Assembly: GCF_026210795.1 (NCBI RefSeq)
Contig: NC_089429.1
Location: 6,634,001 to 6,698,000 of the forward strand
Reading direction: 5' to 3'
Source: Rhizophagus irregularis
Lineage: Eukaryota
DNA length: 64,000 nucleotides
A program made the position numbers and the translations under genes. Numbering within the stretch: the stretch's first letter is position 1; each line of letters begins with the position of its first letter. Below, one piece after another: positions 40,455 to 53,271 of the stretch. The notes under the pieces are model-generated. The model did no database searches and was not told the origin of the DNA. It worked only from the letters and a program-made list of their open reading frames with translations.

Positions 40455-42752
40455 ATGTTTACTCAATTTTTTACGAAATTAAGTCAAAATTACCTTGAAT
40501 TATTGAAAGATGATAAATATTATGATACAACAATTGAAGTTGGTGAAGACCCTAACGTAAAAATATTTCATGCTCATAGTGCTCCGAATGATACGAGTCA
40601 ACCCGGGTTAATTTGACCCGACTCGACTTTTAAATCGGGTCGATACTAATGATTTTTAATGACCCGTGACCCGCATGACCCGCATGACCCGACCCGCCGG
40701 GTCGGGTTATAAATTTCCTTGACCCGGGTTTGACCCGGGTTTTGACCCGGATCGACCCGGATGTTTTTAATTCTGGGAAAATTATAATTTTGGCCAAAAT
40801 TAAGCCAAGAATTAGTTTTAACAAATATTAACATAGCTTAATCAGAAAAATAAAAAAATTAACCTTTGACTTTTGAGAATAATATTTTTCTGATAGCTTT
40901 AGAATTCCAATTTATCTTTGATTTGAATATCTGCTAATTATTTTGCCTAATTCTTTGACTTTTATTATATTAAACCAGGTTCAAAATTCGTATTTTTAAT
41001 TTTATTTTATTTAATTAGTCTAGGAGAAAATAAGAGCTAGTGTTACATGTTTTGTATAACCATTCATGATACAAATTTCAGGTGGCTACTAGTGGTTAAT
41101 CACTGAGTTGCCTTTTTTTCAAATAAAAGGAAATTAATTTTGTTATTATTATAAGAAAATCTCACATAATATAAGTTAGTACCCATTTTACTTAAATGTT
41201 CGGGTCTAACCTGGGTTACACGAGTTAAATTATACTCGGTCGAGTCAAGGGTCGGGTTACGAAAATATGAGACCCGAATAAATACGAGTCTTATATTTTT
41301 TTATTCAGATCGGGTCGAATATTTCCTCAAAACCCGACCCGACTTGACCCGGTAGGAGCACTACATGCTCACATGAATATTTTGTGTTACCGTTCTTCAT
41401 ATTTTCGACGAATTTTAACTTCCAATAAAAGGAACAATTATAATGATTTAACACATATTAAACTATCAAATATTTCATCGGAAATATTTCAAATAATTTT
41501 AGAGTAAGTTATATAACAAGTTAATCTATCTTATAACTGATAATATTTATGATTTATAATATTTATTAAATTTTTGTAATATAGGTATATTTATGGTGGT
41601 ATTCTTCCGTTAAATGTGAACGATACTTCTGACTTTCTTAAAGTTTTGGTCGCTGCAGATAACCTTCATCTTAAAGAATTAGTTGATTATTTACAAAAAT
41701 ATTTAATTGAAAATAAGCCAGAGTGGATAGAACATCATTTTGAGTTTGCTCAACAAATTAGTTCGCAATCTAATAATTTATTAGAACTTCACGAATTTTG
41801 TACAAATTTAATGGCTCAATCCCCTGATAAAATATTTAATTCAATTGATTTTATTTCACTTTCTGAAAAGTCATTAGTTTCGCTTATTAAAAGAGATGAT
41901 TTGCAAATGAAAGAAGTTGAAATTTGGGAGCATGTATTAAAATGGGGTCTTGCGAAAAATCCAAATCTTATTCCAGATCCTAAAACTTGGTCAGATGATG
42001 ATTTTAAGACAATGAAAAATATCTTACAGCACTGTTTGCCTTTAATTAGATTTTATTGCTTATCGTCCAGGGAATTTTCACAAAAAGTTCGTCCATATCA
42101 AAAACTCTTAGGTCAACAACTATATGAAGAATTGTTAAATTCTCATTTGGATCCTGGTAGTGTGTCAAATGACAACATTTTAAGTCCAAGAAAAATTTCA
42201 CAAATTATTGATATTAATATTATTTCAACTGTCTCAAAATGGGTTGATAAAGTGATTATTAATGATAATAATTATAGTGAATCATATTTACCATATAAAT
42301 TTGACTTATTATTAAGAGGAAGTCGAGATGGATTTACACCTAAAAAATTTCATGAATTATGTGATGGTAAACCCAGAACTGTTACATTTATTAAAGTGGA
42401 AGAAACTGAAGAAATTCTTGGTGGATATAATCCTCTAGAATGGGAATCTTCTGATTTATGGACCCAAACTAAAGATAGTTTTATTTTTTCATTTAAAAGT
42501 ATGAATATTAAAGATGCAATTTTAAGTAATGTAAAAAATGCAAATTGTGCTTTAGATAATAGCATTAAATGTGGTCCACAGTTTGGATATGATCTTAACA
42601 TAAATTCTTATAAAAATTTAGATTTAGATGATGTATCTACAAACTTCAATGTAACTTATTGTAGTAAGGAGCATTATGAAAAAAGGATAAGAGATACTGA
42701 AGCTGATTTCCCAATAAAAGATTATGAAGTATTTCAAATCATTAGGAGATAA
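40455..42752 (+). pseudogene. BTB/POZ-BACK-TLDc protein gene, exon 1 disrupted by an hAT MITE
   Basis: ATG at 40455 gives MFTQFFTKLSQNYLELLKDDKYYDTTIEVGEDPNVKIFHAH; after removing the MITE and one TSD it continues MNILCYRSSYFRRIL...EIFQIILE; GT-AG intron 41504-41584; exon 2 (41585-42752) YIYGG...BACK (DDLQMKEVEIWEHVLKWG) ...TLDc (LLLRGSRDGF, ILGGYNP, DSFIFSF, DYEVFQ). No other lesion seen. Confidence 0.9.
40577..41363. mobile_element. hAT MITE (787 bp)
   Basis: TIR TAGTGCTCC / GGAGCACTA; perfect 8-bp TSD CATGCTCA (40569-40576, 41364-41371); many subterminal GACCCG/CGGGTC repeats. Confidence 0.95.
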
Positions 42753-43329
42753 ATGTAATTATTTGCCAAACAATTAGATTTTTTACGAGTTTTTATTTAT
42801 ATGCAAATAAAATTTATTTTATTAAGTTGAAATATATAAAATTCTATGCTGCTTAATCGTTTTTTAAAGATAAAATCAAATTTCAGATAACGATGATGCA
42901 TTTCAGAGAAATTTTTTGCCAGGTATAATTCTTTAGTATTAAACTAGTGAAATAAAACGTCATTTATGACAAATACTAAAATTTTATCATTTAATATCCA
43001 GTAGATTACTCGAAATTTTTAGTAGTATGTTCTAAAGAAATTTATAGATAGTAAATGTTAATAAATATAATCCTTAATTGGAAGTAATACAAAGACAAGA
43101 TATACAGTCATGATCCATATGAACGTTAGCTAAAAAAACAGAAATAAGAATTAAAAGTTTCGCATCTAGCTTTTTATCTTAGCAATCTTTTTAAAAAAAA
43201 TGCTTGAAAGATAAGCATCACATACAAAAAAAAATATTAACTTGTTTCATACATTTATAATTTAATTTATTATACAGCATAATTAATCCTAGTTATTTGC
43301 TTTATTCTAACTGGCCTAATATTTAATTT

Positions 43330-43829
43330 TCCTTCTACACATCGAGAACCATCCATTTTTCCATATCCAATCCATGTAAAAGCCTACTATAATAATGATG
43401 ATTACTGTCATATTATCTCTGCTATCAAGTTTATGTAATATAAACACTTATTCATTAAATTTTCACAAGCTATTCCCATCACATGTTAAGACTAAGAAAT
43501 CAGTATCTGTATCAACTTTACAAATTTAAAACTTTTATCTTTCCAAACATTATCTGTTTGCATAAAAGCATCCTTTATAGCTTCTTCAATATTTTCTTCA
43601 TCAATTCCATGAATTTTTTTTTTGAAAATATTAAGATGCTGATATATTCTGAAGCATTTGTTTCTTTGACGTCCATCATATCATTAACTCCATAATCAGG
43701 AAATTCAGGAATATTACACTCAACAGTATGCATATCTTCCATATTTTTCGCCAACCTTGCATTGTTGTAGTAGAAATTTTTATATATTTTATTACGTACA
43801 ATTGTAGCAGGTAAGAAAATATTTTTCAT
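43330..43829 (-). pseudogene. Protein phosphatase 2C (Ptc2/Ptc3-like) pseudogene with internal deletions
   Basis: Across frameshifts the minus strand gives, in canonical PP2C order: MQGWR / NMEDMH, YDG, EEAIKDAFMQTD, DFLVLTCDG, IACENLMNKCL, SRDNMTVIIIIVGF. Confidence 0.85.
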
Positions 43830-44670
43830 AAAGCCTTAGAAAATGATGAGATAAATGGTTCTCTATCATAATGTCTTTCATTAAAAATTTGCTCTATTTC
43901 GTTTGAAACTGGAGGATTCCTTCTTCCTGCTGAAAGAAAAGCTTGAAGGTTCATTATTCGTGAATAAACAAATTTGTTTCGTATTTTAAAGAATTCTAAA
44001 TCATTAATCAATCATTAATAAAGTTACAGCTAATAATATGTGAAAAACATATATCTACTAAGGCCGGGCAAAAAAAAAATTTAGATTCTCGTGACCCGGC
44101 CGGGTCAGTTTTTCGAAAAATGGAAATTTTTTTTATAGTAAAAAATTTTTATCACGTGATTTTAAGTTTTTGGCCAATGTGCATAAAAAAAATTTCACAT
44201 ATAAAAAATTTTTACATATATAAAAAAAAAATGCCGGCCGGCCGGGTCATTTTTAAAATTTTATGTCACCGGCCTAATAATCCAGCTTTACCACTATTTA
44301 GAGCAATACAATGCTTTGACCCAAGATTTATTCAATCCAATATAGCTCATCGTAATATGGGAGATTATAAAATTATTGAAGAATTTCAATTTCTGACAGA
44401 TACTTTAATACAAGATAGAATGGAGTACTATTTACTGTGGATTAAATGAATCTATGGAAGAATTTAAAGATTTAGATATATATTGGCGGTAAATCACATT
44501 TATTACCAGAACTTAGTTCATTAGCTTTGAGATATATATGAGTATCTAGTGTAGATATTGAACGTAATTTTTATAGTTATAAAACTATATTATCAGATAC
44601 TAGAAGAGTGGCGCTTAAAAAAGAAAGCATTAAAATGCTTAAATTTCTTTATTTCAATCTGAATGGTAAT
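43826..44670. mobile_element. hAT-related transposase C-terminal relic, partly inverted
   Basis: Plus strand 44039-44670 (MITE removed): CEKHISTNNPALPLFRAIQCFDPRFIQ...LPELSSLALRYI...SSVDIERNFYSYKTILSD...LKKESIKML; minus strand 44011-43826 (INDLEFF...FSKAL) resembles, from memory of this family, the segment that should precede it. Confidence 0.6.
44062..44274. mobile_element. PIF/Harbinger (Tourist-like) MITE, 213 bp
   Basis: GGCCGG...CCGGCC termini with longer imperfect inverted A/T tracts; TAA on both sides (44059-61, 44275-77); removal with one TAA restores the transposase reading frame (HIST-NNPALP). Confidence 0.8.
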
Positions 44671-45699
44671 ATGGTAATAGTGATTTTAATAGTTAGATGA
44701 ATTTTTTTGTAAAGACGAAAATTGTAAAATAAATAAATAAAAAATCGATTCTGAATAAAAAATATATTATTTTAATGTTAATTCTGGCTGAAATTAGGTT
44801 AATTTCGGCCAAAATTATAATCACAATTTTCGGACCACGACAACTCATTCTGGACATCCTAGACTCTGGCTTCAAGACTGTTTCCTGAATCGCAAGTAAG
44901 TTTTCATTTTCGAATATTTAAAAAAAAAATTTAGCTTTTTTTTATTAATTTGTTTTTCTTTTCTGGCACCGGAATCCTATCGAAACGTAGTGTCATCTGA
45001 TATCACCTGACCTGTTTGAAGCTCTAGAAGACTAGACGTGTGTCCAAAGGGATCAAGGAACCTATGAACTATTGAATTCAGTGAAACATAAACACTTACG
45101 AACAAACCATATTTGAAAAAATATTTGCTACCTTAAATTGGTTTATTTACTTTACTTTTCAGTTTATTATTAATTTGATATTTATTTTTAATCATGACAA
45201 TTTTTTTTATTTTTTTCTATAGAACTCTGGCGAAAAAAATCTTGATTGGGAACTAACAAGTCAAAATCCGAAAGAATAAGAAAATTTTGTATTATAAGGA
45301 TGTTCCATTAAGAGACTACATATCATAGTTTAATATTAGCAATATCGATATATATATAAAAGTAAATATGGTTTAATCTTGATTTTTTTTTATTCAAGAG
45401 TAGAAATCATTGGCAGAGATATATTTATAACTATATGTAATAAAATAAACAAAGGGAACTAATTGTAAATCCACACTAGAACATTCATCCCGACACCAGC
45501 AAATTCCTGATGGCAGGACCTCACCCTTCGAAAAAGAGTACGACTTCCCTGATGAAGCTACGCCACCAAACAAAGTTAAAAGCACTGGGGTGAATTAAGG
45601 AATAAATAGGGACAAGTCTCTCTTCCCCGAAGGGGCTAAAAGACAACTCTAAAAAAGAAAATTCTAATTAAGATCCGTATTTTGCTTTCGGCACGAGGC

Positions 45700-46900
45700 C
45701 GCCACTTGTCAATACGTTAATGATGTAGTAAAGTGAAATATATTAGCTACGTGTGTGATAAAAAAAAAATAGGTGACTCTAAAATTATTGCTCAACAATG
45801 ATGATCGCTTTTAATTTTTTTCTTTTTGAGACTATCACGACGTTCAGAGAACGACGTCATGTGTTAGTGATAAACGTTTTGGAAACGAGTAAGATCATGC
45901 GTAAGATTCACGCGTTGTTCTATTTTCTTAAGAGATGTATTGAGGAGTTTTGATTGATTAGTCTCGTTTGAGTCGTCTAACTTCTGTAAACCATCTGTTG
46001 CCACCCGGTATTATGAAGGTACGTTTCGTGCGAGTACCCTGTACGTAAAGGAGACCGTTAGGTAGTGCTTCGATCCGGATGGGTTTTTAACGGATCAATC
46101 CGCGGTTTACTACGGTTTGGCAACGGTTTATTTGAGTTGGAGCTATAAGTTTGGCCAAAATTAATAAAATTTGAAGAAGAATAATTTTTTCAAATCTGAC
46201 AAAAATTATAGTTTGACAAAAATAATAGAAAAATGTTGTGATCCTAACCAATGGATCAATCCGGATCGAAGCACTACCGTTAGGTATAAAAAGTAAAAGG
46301 TCATCTGGTATAGCAAAATCATATCCATGATTAAAAACAGGTGTTGTAGAAGGTGTTTGAAGAGGAACTTAATCATAAGTCGAAACCGAAGTTTGCGACT
46401 CAGTATTTGTGTTAGGAGTAGTAGTTGAAGTTTTCGATGTAGCCGGTCGGCTAAACTAATGAAGTTGTTGGTAAAAGAAATTTGTAATTATCCCTACAAG
46501 AATTTTGATCGGATTTGTGATATCTCAAATGTTTAATCGGTTTGTTAATAACTCGTGATTTTTAAAAAAAAATCTATGCTTTTTGGCGGTAGCCAATTTG
46601 TGTTCCATGTCCATGAGATCTGGATCTTTGATTATAGAGTGAGCGGAACGGAAGATGCGATCACAGCGATAAAAAAAAAAATTAAAATAGGAGTAACTAA
46701 AAAACCGTTTGAAGCGGGCGCGTTCCCTCTTTGCGGTACGAGGTTTGAACTATAATCATGACGAAACTTTTCAATTTTTTTGCAATAAATATATCTTTTG
46801 TCATGGTTGAAGAAGAATTGACGGCCATTGGCTTGATATCTGACTGTATATTTGAGGCGGTTTAAACCTTGATATTGATTGGGATTTTTCAACAAAGAGA
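45700..46900 (-). pseudogene. Degenerate basic ORF of a lineage-specific repeat family (possibly LINE-associated)
   Basis: Frameshifted RLKYTVRYQANGR...PRTAKRERARFKR...KLATAKKHRFF...INKPIKHLRY; removing the MITE joins IPDDLLLFIP-NGLLYVQG...PGGNRWF in frame. Family assignment from recollection only. Confidence 0.4.
46063..46276. mobile_element. hAT MITE (214 bp)
   Basis: Perfect TIR TAGTGCTTCGATCCGGAT / ATCCGGATCGAAGCACTA; perfect 8-bp TSD CCGTTAGG (46055-62, 46277-84). Confidence 0.96.
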
Positions 46901-49537
46901 CGTAATACGATCACGTGATATAGCTGATTACGAAATTTTTACGTAAGAAGATCACGTGTTGTACTTCATGATGGCTTCACAGAACAGCAAAAGAAAATTG
47001 TATAGAATTTCGGTCTATTAGATAGTGCAATTTGTACGACAAATTTGCAATCAATGTTTTTCCGAATAAAATTTTGAATAAGAGAAAAAGAAATAAAAGA
47101 AATTAAAAATATTCTTAAAAATATATAATTTATATTTTGAGATGAATAATATCGAAAAAAATATATATTTTTTCTAAAAAAACTATCATTTTTATTTTTT
47201 TTCTTAAATATTTCACGCAAAAAAATACCACTAAATTTTGACAAAATAAAAAAAAATTGAATTTTTTTTCTTTTTTTCTTTTGTGCTTGTTACTTTGTCC
47301 AATTTGTTTATATTGATTAGTGATGATGCAATTGATGCATGTAAAAATGAATATATCAAATCCTGCAACAATCTTTCCTTTTTTAAAAAACTATTGATAA
47401 AATTTTGATAAGTCCTTCCGTACAAATTCCGGATATAATATATGCTATATAAATAAAAATTATTAATCTGTAATACTTTAATTGCATATCTTTTTAAACA
47501 AGTTTTTTTTTTTTTGAGACTCAATTTGGTTTATATTAATTTTCAAATATTATATGCATATTTATTTTTTTTTTACATCGGCCATTCAAAGTTAGTTGAA
47601 AAAAAAAGATAAGGATCATATTACTAATAAAAATCATATTATAGTAGATTGTAAAACAATAAAAAAAAATACTTTACTTTTTTTATACAATTCAAATTTT
47701 TTGTTATCAATCACTTTTTTTAATGGATTCATTACGTGGGAAGATTTTTAATTCTTTTTTTTCTTTTTTCTTTTTAAGAATTCTGTAGATCATGTAACAA
47801 TTGTAACATTACCTTATCTTTATCAAAAATTGGCGTTTGCCGTTCATTCGAGAACGTGTTTACCATAAAAAAAAATAAATAAAATAAAAAAAAAAAATTT
47901 TAAAGTTACTCCTATCGCATTGATCATTTGATGCCATTAAATTACTCACTTGTATTACCGTTATTTATTAAAAATTATTTACGTTCTTTCACATTAAAAA
48001 AACAATTTATTATATTATAAGTGTAAATTTTATACTTATTTTTATATAATTACCGACTTGAAATCAAGTATAGAAATAAAATGAATAAAATATTTATAAA
48101 AAAAAAGACAATTATTAAAGAATTCTATTGAATATTAAAGAATATTTGATTTTTTTTTCAAAAAAAAAAAAAAAAAATTTCTTTTGTTCTTTTTCGATTT
48201 CCTTTTACAGAAATTTTTTGTGTCACGAAACAGGTATCATAGTTATACAATGTTATACAATGAAACATCTAAATGGAATTGATTGGTCACTACTGCGGTG
48301 ATTGAAGTTCATTCCAAAAAAATCCAGCTGATGTTTCCAGATTAGGATAAATTTGTAAAACATCGATTTAACCATATATAACTTTAAATATACCAAAATT
48401 TATCCTATTCATTTGTTATTATGTATTATTTCAATCACCTCATGTTATTTAATGCAATCTTCAGCCACAAAAACGTAAATAAAAAATTTAAATAAATAAA
48501 CAGGATATTTTTTTTTATACCCACCCATGATTAAGTAAATAAACCTTAAGCGTCCCTATTAAAAAGGAAAATGCGTACCTAATTGGTTTATTTTATGAAA
48601 GACAATTTATTACTTTTTATTAATAAAACAAATATTTATTCAAAATTAGAAATATTGATAACTCCGCGAACTTTAATCTTGACCTGCTGATAAATTGTCG
48701 TGATACATTAATTGCAGTTTAAAGTTTAAACCATTGTCGGTTCTAACTTCGAAGAATAAAGTGAAGAACAATAGGTTTCATTTTTGTCCTATCTTGATAA
48801 AATAGTTTTCTTTGGTAAGATGTTCATGGAATGTAAAGAAAAAAAAAAATGAAAAAAATGAAAAATCTGCTGATAAATCATCGTAATACAGCTGGATACA
48901 TTACCTGCAATTATTAAAAAAAATTCTCACAAACAAGTTTTTTTGATAATAATGACACTATTTCGCATTCCCTTATCTCTTCTTATCTTTTTTATTAACC
49001 AAATTTATCATTTCATTAGATGTTTACAGGAGAAAAATTGTTTCATATTAATTCATTCAATGATAAAATTGTTAAGTTTATTGTTGTAATCCTATAATAC
49101 TCTATAATAGTGTTATTAAATTCAGATGAAATATTATAAGTATTTATCTATAAAAAAAAAGAATTGAATAAACTGCATGTCAATCAAAAGGTTATTTCAA
49201 CTTTTCTTATAGATAATCTTACCGAATATAAATATTATAGGATGTTGAAATAGTTATAGTAAATAGGCCTTATAAAAAGACTAAGGTATTTTTCCTCAAA
49301 AAATACAAAAATTCAAAAAATCAGAATTATTTTCGCCCTACTTAATTCTATAAATTTTTTAAATCATCATGGAATCTTAGGGCAGTGACATTTATTATGT
49401 AATATCCATTTATTATAAGTTTTAATATAAAATCTTATGTTTCACCATATATATTAAGACCTTTCTTTACTCCCACCCTAAAATATTACGTAATAATGCC
49501 ATTGCCCTTACTATCTCGATTTTGAAGATTCTGAATA

Positions 49538-49760
49538 TCAACAACTTCAACAACTTCAACAATTTCAACAACTTCAACAATTTCAACAACTTCAACTATT
49601 TCAACAACTTCAACAACTTCAATTTCAACTTTCGACATTATCAACAATGTCAACAATTTCAACAATTTCAACGATTTCAATTTCAACTTTCGACATTATC
49701 AACAATGTCAACAATATCAACAACCTCAGCAACCTCAGCAACCTCAACCTCAGCAACCTC
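49538..49760 (+). repeat. 9-bp microsatellite (CAACAA[C/T]TT)n grading into (CAGCAACCT)n
   Basis: Directly visible; includes a ~60-bp higher-order duplication (CAATTTCAACTTTCGACATTATCAACAATGTCAACAAT twice). Confidence 0.9.
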
Positions 49761-50999
49761 ATTTGTTACGGACAACCTTTTCTTCGACTCGGTCGTACGA
49801 AATCAATTAAGTAAATTTACAGTATAATTTTCACACTCATGATTTATTTCCAATTGTGTCAATTTAACTTATTTTCTTGTCATTTTTCTTAATACTCCAT
49901 TCATTAATATTATAGCGAAATTATTCTCAAAAAAATGCAAAGAAAGAAAATTAGCAGGTCTAATGTTAATTCTTAAGTACTGCTTCGCTCTCAACATCAG
50001 TTAGAAGGTCAACTTGCATTAAAACGTGATGAACTCAAAGATGAACAACTTTCAAATAAAGCAGCTGTTCAAGAAATTTTTTTCTAATAATGAGATTCAA
50101 CCAGAACTTTCGTTATACAAGAAACGTACAAGACCTATTTCTCCTGCCTCTAAAAGGTAAAGCTCACAATAGGAACGACAAATGAAACGGCCGCGTCAAC
50201 TGAAAAATTTGAAAATGCTGTCCGAAGAAGAAAAAAGAACAGTATAAATGCTCTTATGGAAAAAAAATTGATGGCCAAAAATTGGGCCAACCAGTTATTA
50301 ATATTTTTCACATTTATTAAAGATTTACGAGATATAATCTCGTACATTCAATTTTTTTACGAATTACTAGTAATTCGATCGTTAACAAGTAAACATTTAA
50401 CATAACAGGGATCTTCTGATAATTAATAAAAAAAATATAAATTACAAATTAAATTATATTATTATCTTTATTAAATTGTTTAATACGTCCATCATGAATG
50501 TTTAGCAGCCACAGTTTAAGTTTATCTCAAATCCTGCCTTTTTTTAAAAAGATTTTTCGTTTTAATAAAAAAAATGAATTTTTTTATTTATTTAATAAAA
50601 TAATTAAAAAAAACGTCGAGAACTTGTATTTACTATATGCTAAGTGCATTTTTAAATAAAAACTTTAGGATGCATACTATCACGTTTATTTAAAAAAATA
50701 ATGCAATTTATTATTAAAAAAGAAATTTTACTATAATGAATATGATCCGAAATAATATAATAAAAAAATACATTAATTTGAATAACTTGTTAAAATAACT
50801 CAGTCGTTACTATATAAAATTCAATTTTTAAATTCATTTTATTTAATTTTTTTCCCAAATATAAAGTAAAAAATAATTTGATCTAGCCACATGGGTTTTT
50901 ATTTTCATCTGATCACGCATCAAGAAATTAAAAATTTTTATCAGTTTACATATTATAACAAATAAATACTATTTGGATAAAATCAATACATTCCTATTA

Positions 51000-52290
51000 A
51001 TTTTTTTATTTATTTTATTTTATTACAATAAAGGCAAGTAAACTGCTGAAACAGATACATAGGCACAGAGGTAAAATTCACATACTAACTACGTACGCAT
51101 ATTCAACTAGTAATACACATCCCATATATAATAAAAGTTAAAAGTTAAGAGGAAGAAGAAAAAAATCTAAAGAAGAAAAAAGTAAAGTAAAATCTAAAGA
51201 AAAATCAAATAAATTTAACCAAGGCACATTATGTAAAAAATTAGAGTTAGAAAATATATCCACATAGTGTCATCCGTATTTTGACGTTAAGCATTGTAAG
51301 GGTTACGATAAAGATAATTGTAACGTTCTCGACGCGTGTTTTTTCGGTCGGAGATGTTTGAATCGGTCGAATCTTGATGCGATTTTTTTGTTGTTTTTGC
51401 GGGCTCGAAATTTCTTGAAAGAGTTTTTGTTAATATTGTTACGTTATTTCCACTCCGAGAATAGTTCACAACGGTATTTCCAAATATCTGTGCATACTAT
51501 ATCATAATGTAAATAATGTACTAAATTATAAACGAAGTTACATAAAAGTTTTTTGAGAAGTTTGTCTGTGCTGATGGCGGCGCGGAAAGTGGCTATCAAG
51601 TCTTTTGGTATTAAGTTCAATAAAAAGGTGGTTAATGTCTTGTTTTCTATAATCGTAGAAATATCTTAATGCATCCAATTAAAAGATTGCAGCGATGAGA
51701 ACTGTCTTCAGGGTGAGAAGGGTCCAGAATAAATCTTTGTGTTTCTGGAAGATTGATATTAAACGTGTGACCGAAGGGCATGACCATAATTGTCTGTTAG
51801 TTTCTATTCATTGTTGCAAAAGAAACATGTTGAAAGAACTTGTAGAAGTCTCGGAAATTCTGGTTGAGAATGTCTAGTGTAGGAAGATATATAACATCCA
51901 GATGTGAGTGTAACCAGTCAATATAATCGGCAATTGTTAATTCTTTGATCAACGTTAAAGATTTGTATGATAGGTGATGTTCAAACGACGATACTAGTTA
52001 ATGAGTTTCTTTAGGGTTTAGCGGATATATATTTCTGTCGATAGTAAATTCCTGATTGAATTCGAGCGTGCTTCCTGGAAACGGCGTGATGTGTTTTTCG
52101 GAATTGAGCGAGTAAAAGGTGTGAATAGTAGCTTGTGAGTCTGTAAATATTTCTATTACTGTACTGTACTATTAGGAGGACAAATTAATAGTATAGAAAA
52201 GATCGCGAACGTATCTGCTTTTGTGGAGCTAGCCCACTGTTGAGAGATCCTTTGTGTGAAAGTGTGATGGTAGGCGATAATTCCTATAAA
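51000..52290 (-). mobile_element. LINE 3' relic with RNase H fragment, Cys motif and A-rich tail
   Basis: SSTKADTFAIFSILLICPPNSTV / EIFTDSQATIHTF (RNase H 'TDS' motif), TLDILNRNF...CFFCNNE...QLWSCP, SNFLHNVPW; A-rich tail on the minus strand at ~51000-51028. Confidence 0.75.
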
Positions 52291-52361
52291 TAATTATTAA
52301 TAGTAAAATTTCGTAATTAACTTTAGTTCATCACGTGATATAATTTAGAGCAATTTATTGG

Positions 52362-53271
52362 TAGTGCTTCGATCCGTGCACGGATAAAACCGCGGTATCC
52401 GGATACCCGGAAAAAAAATAGCTATCCGGATACCGCGGTTTTTATCCGGATAAATATCCGGATAGAAAATATCCGGTTTGACCCATTATCCGGATAAAAA
52501 AAATTATAAAAAATTTTTTTTGTCATTTAAATTACTTATTTATTGACATTATTATCTATTAAATTACCATTTATTAAAATCATAATCTATCTTACTAAAA
52601 TTACTAGTAGAACATTCGATGGTCAGTAATAATTCAGGCCATCTATAATGCCAGCCCGAATTTTGCGAAATTGCTTGATATTTGTCAAAAGGCAGCAGTT
52701 TCCGGCCCAGCTAAACAAAATTTGGGATTTTTGTAATTTTGGCCGAAATTATATGTTTGGCCCAAATTACTGTCGATACATGATTTAAAAAAAAAGATTT
52801 TTTCTAATAGATAGGTTGAATTGATTAATTTTAAGTACAAAATAGTATAAATATAATAAAAATAATTAGTTCATGCCTAATCTTCCATTATTTTACGATT
52901 TTACTGTATTTTTTATATTTGTAATAATGTATTTATTGCAAAATTTTAATTTTTTCAAATTTTCAAAAAATTGTCATAATTCAGGCAAAATTCGTAGTGC
53001 CGGCCAAAATTAAAATTTTATTTTATTTAAAATTAATAAAATATCACTAATTTAGTTAAAAATATTAAGTCAAAATTTAATTAAGTTAATGCGACTGATA
53101 TTATTTGTTAAGATCGATCAATGAAAAAAAAATTTTATATATAATCTTATCCGGGTTTCGGTTTCTATCCGGATATATCCGGATTTATATCCGAACCGGA
53201 TAATCCGGATAAAAACCGGATAATTTTTTTAATTTATCCGGATAACGGTTTCTACCCGGATCGAAGCACTA
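52362..53271. mobile_element. hAT MITE (910 bp), same TIR family as 46063
   Basis: TIR TAGTGCTTCGATCCG / CGGATCGAAGCACTA; perfect 8-bp TSD TTTATTGG (52354-61, 53272-79); dense subterminal ATCCGGAT repeats. Confidence 0.96.

Noticed and set aside
40630..40834. Short ORFs with GHAGHAGH / GSCGSCGS repeats
   Set aside because: Translations of the hAT MITE subterminal GACCCG repeats.
45549..45600. Hammerhead ribozyme core (CTGATGA)
   Set aside because: No stem II closing onto a GAAA and no flanking stems could be drawn.
49486..49827. VEI-repeat and NNF-repeat ORFs
   Set aside because: Open frames created by the 9-bp microsatellite; no unique domain.
19440..52344. TCACGTGATATAAT beside the 5' ends of both LINE relics as a shared insertion target
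   Set aside because: The two relics break at different protein positions and CACGTG is frequent throughout the window, so two cases are not enough.
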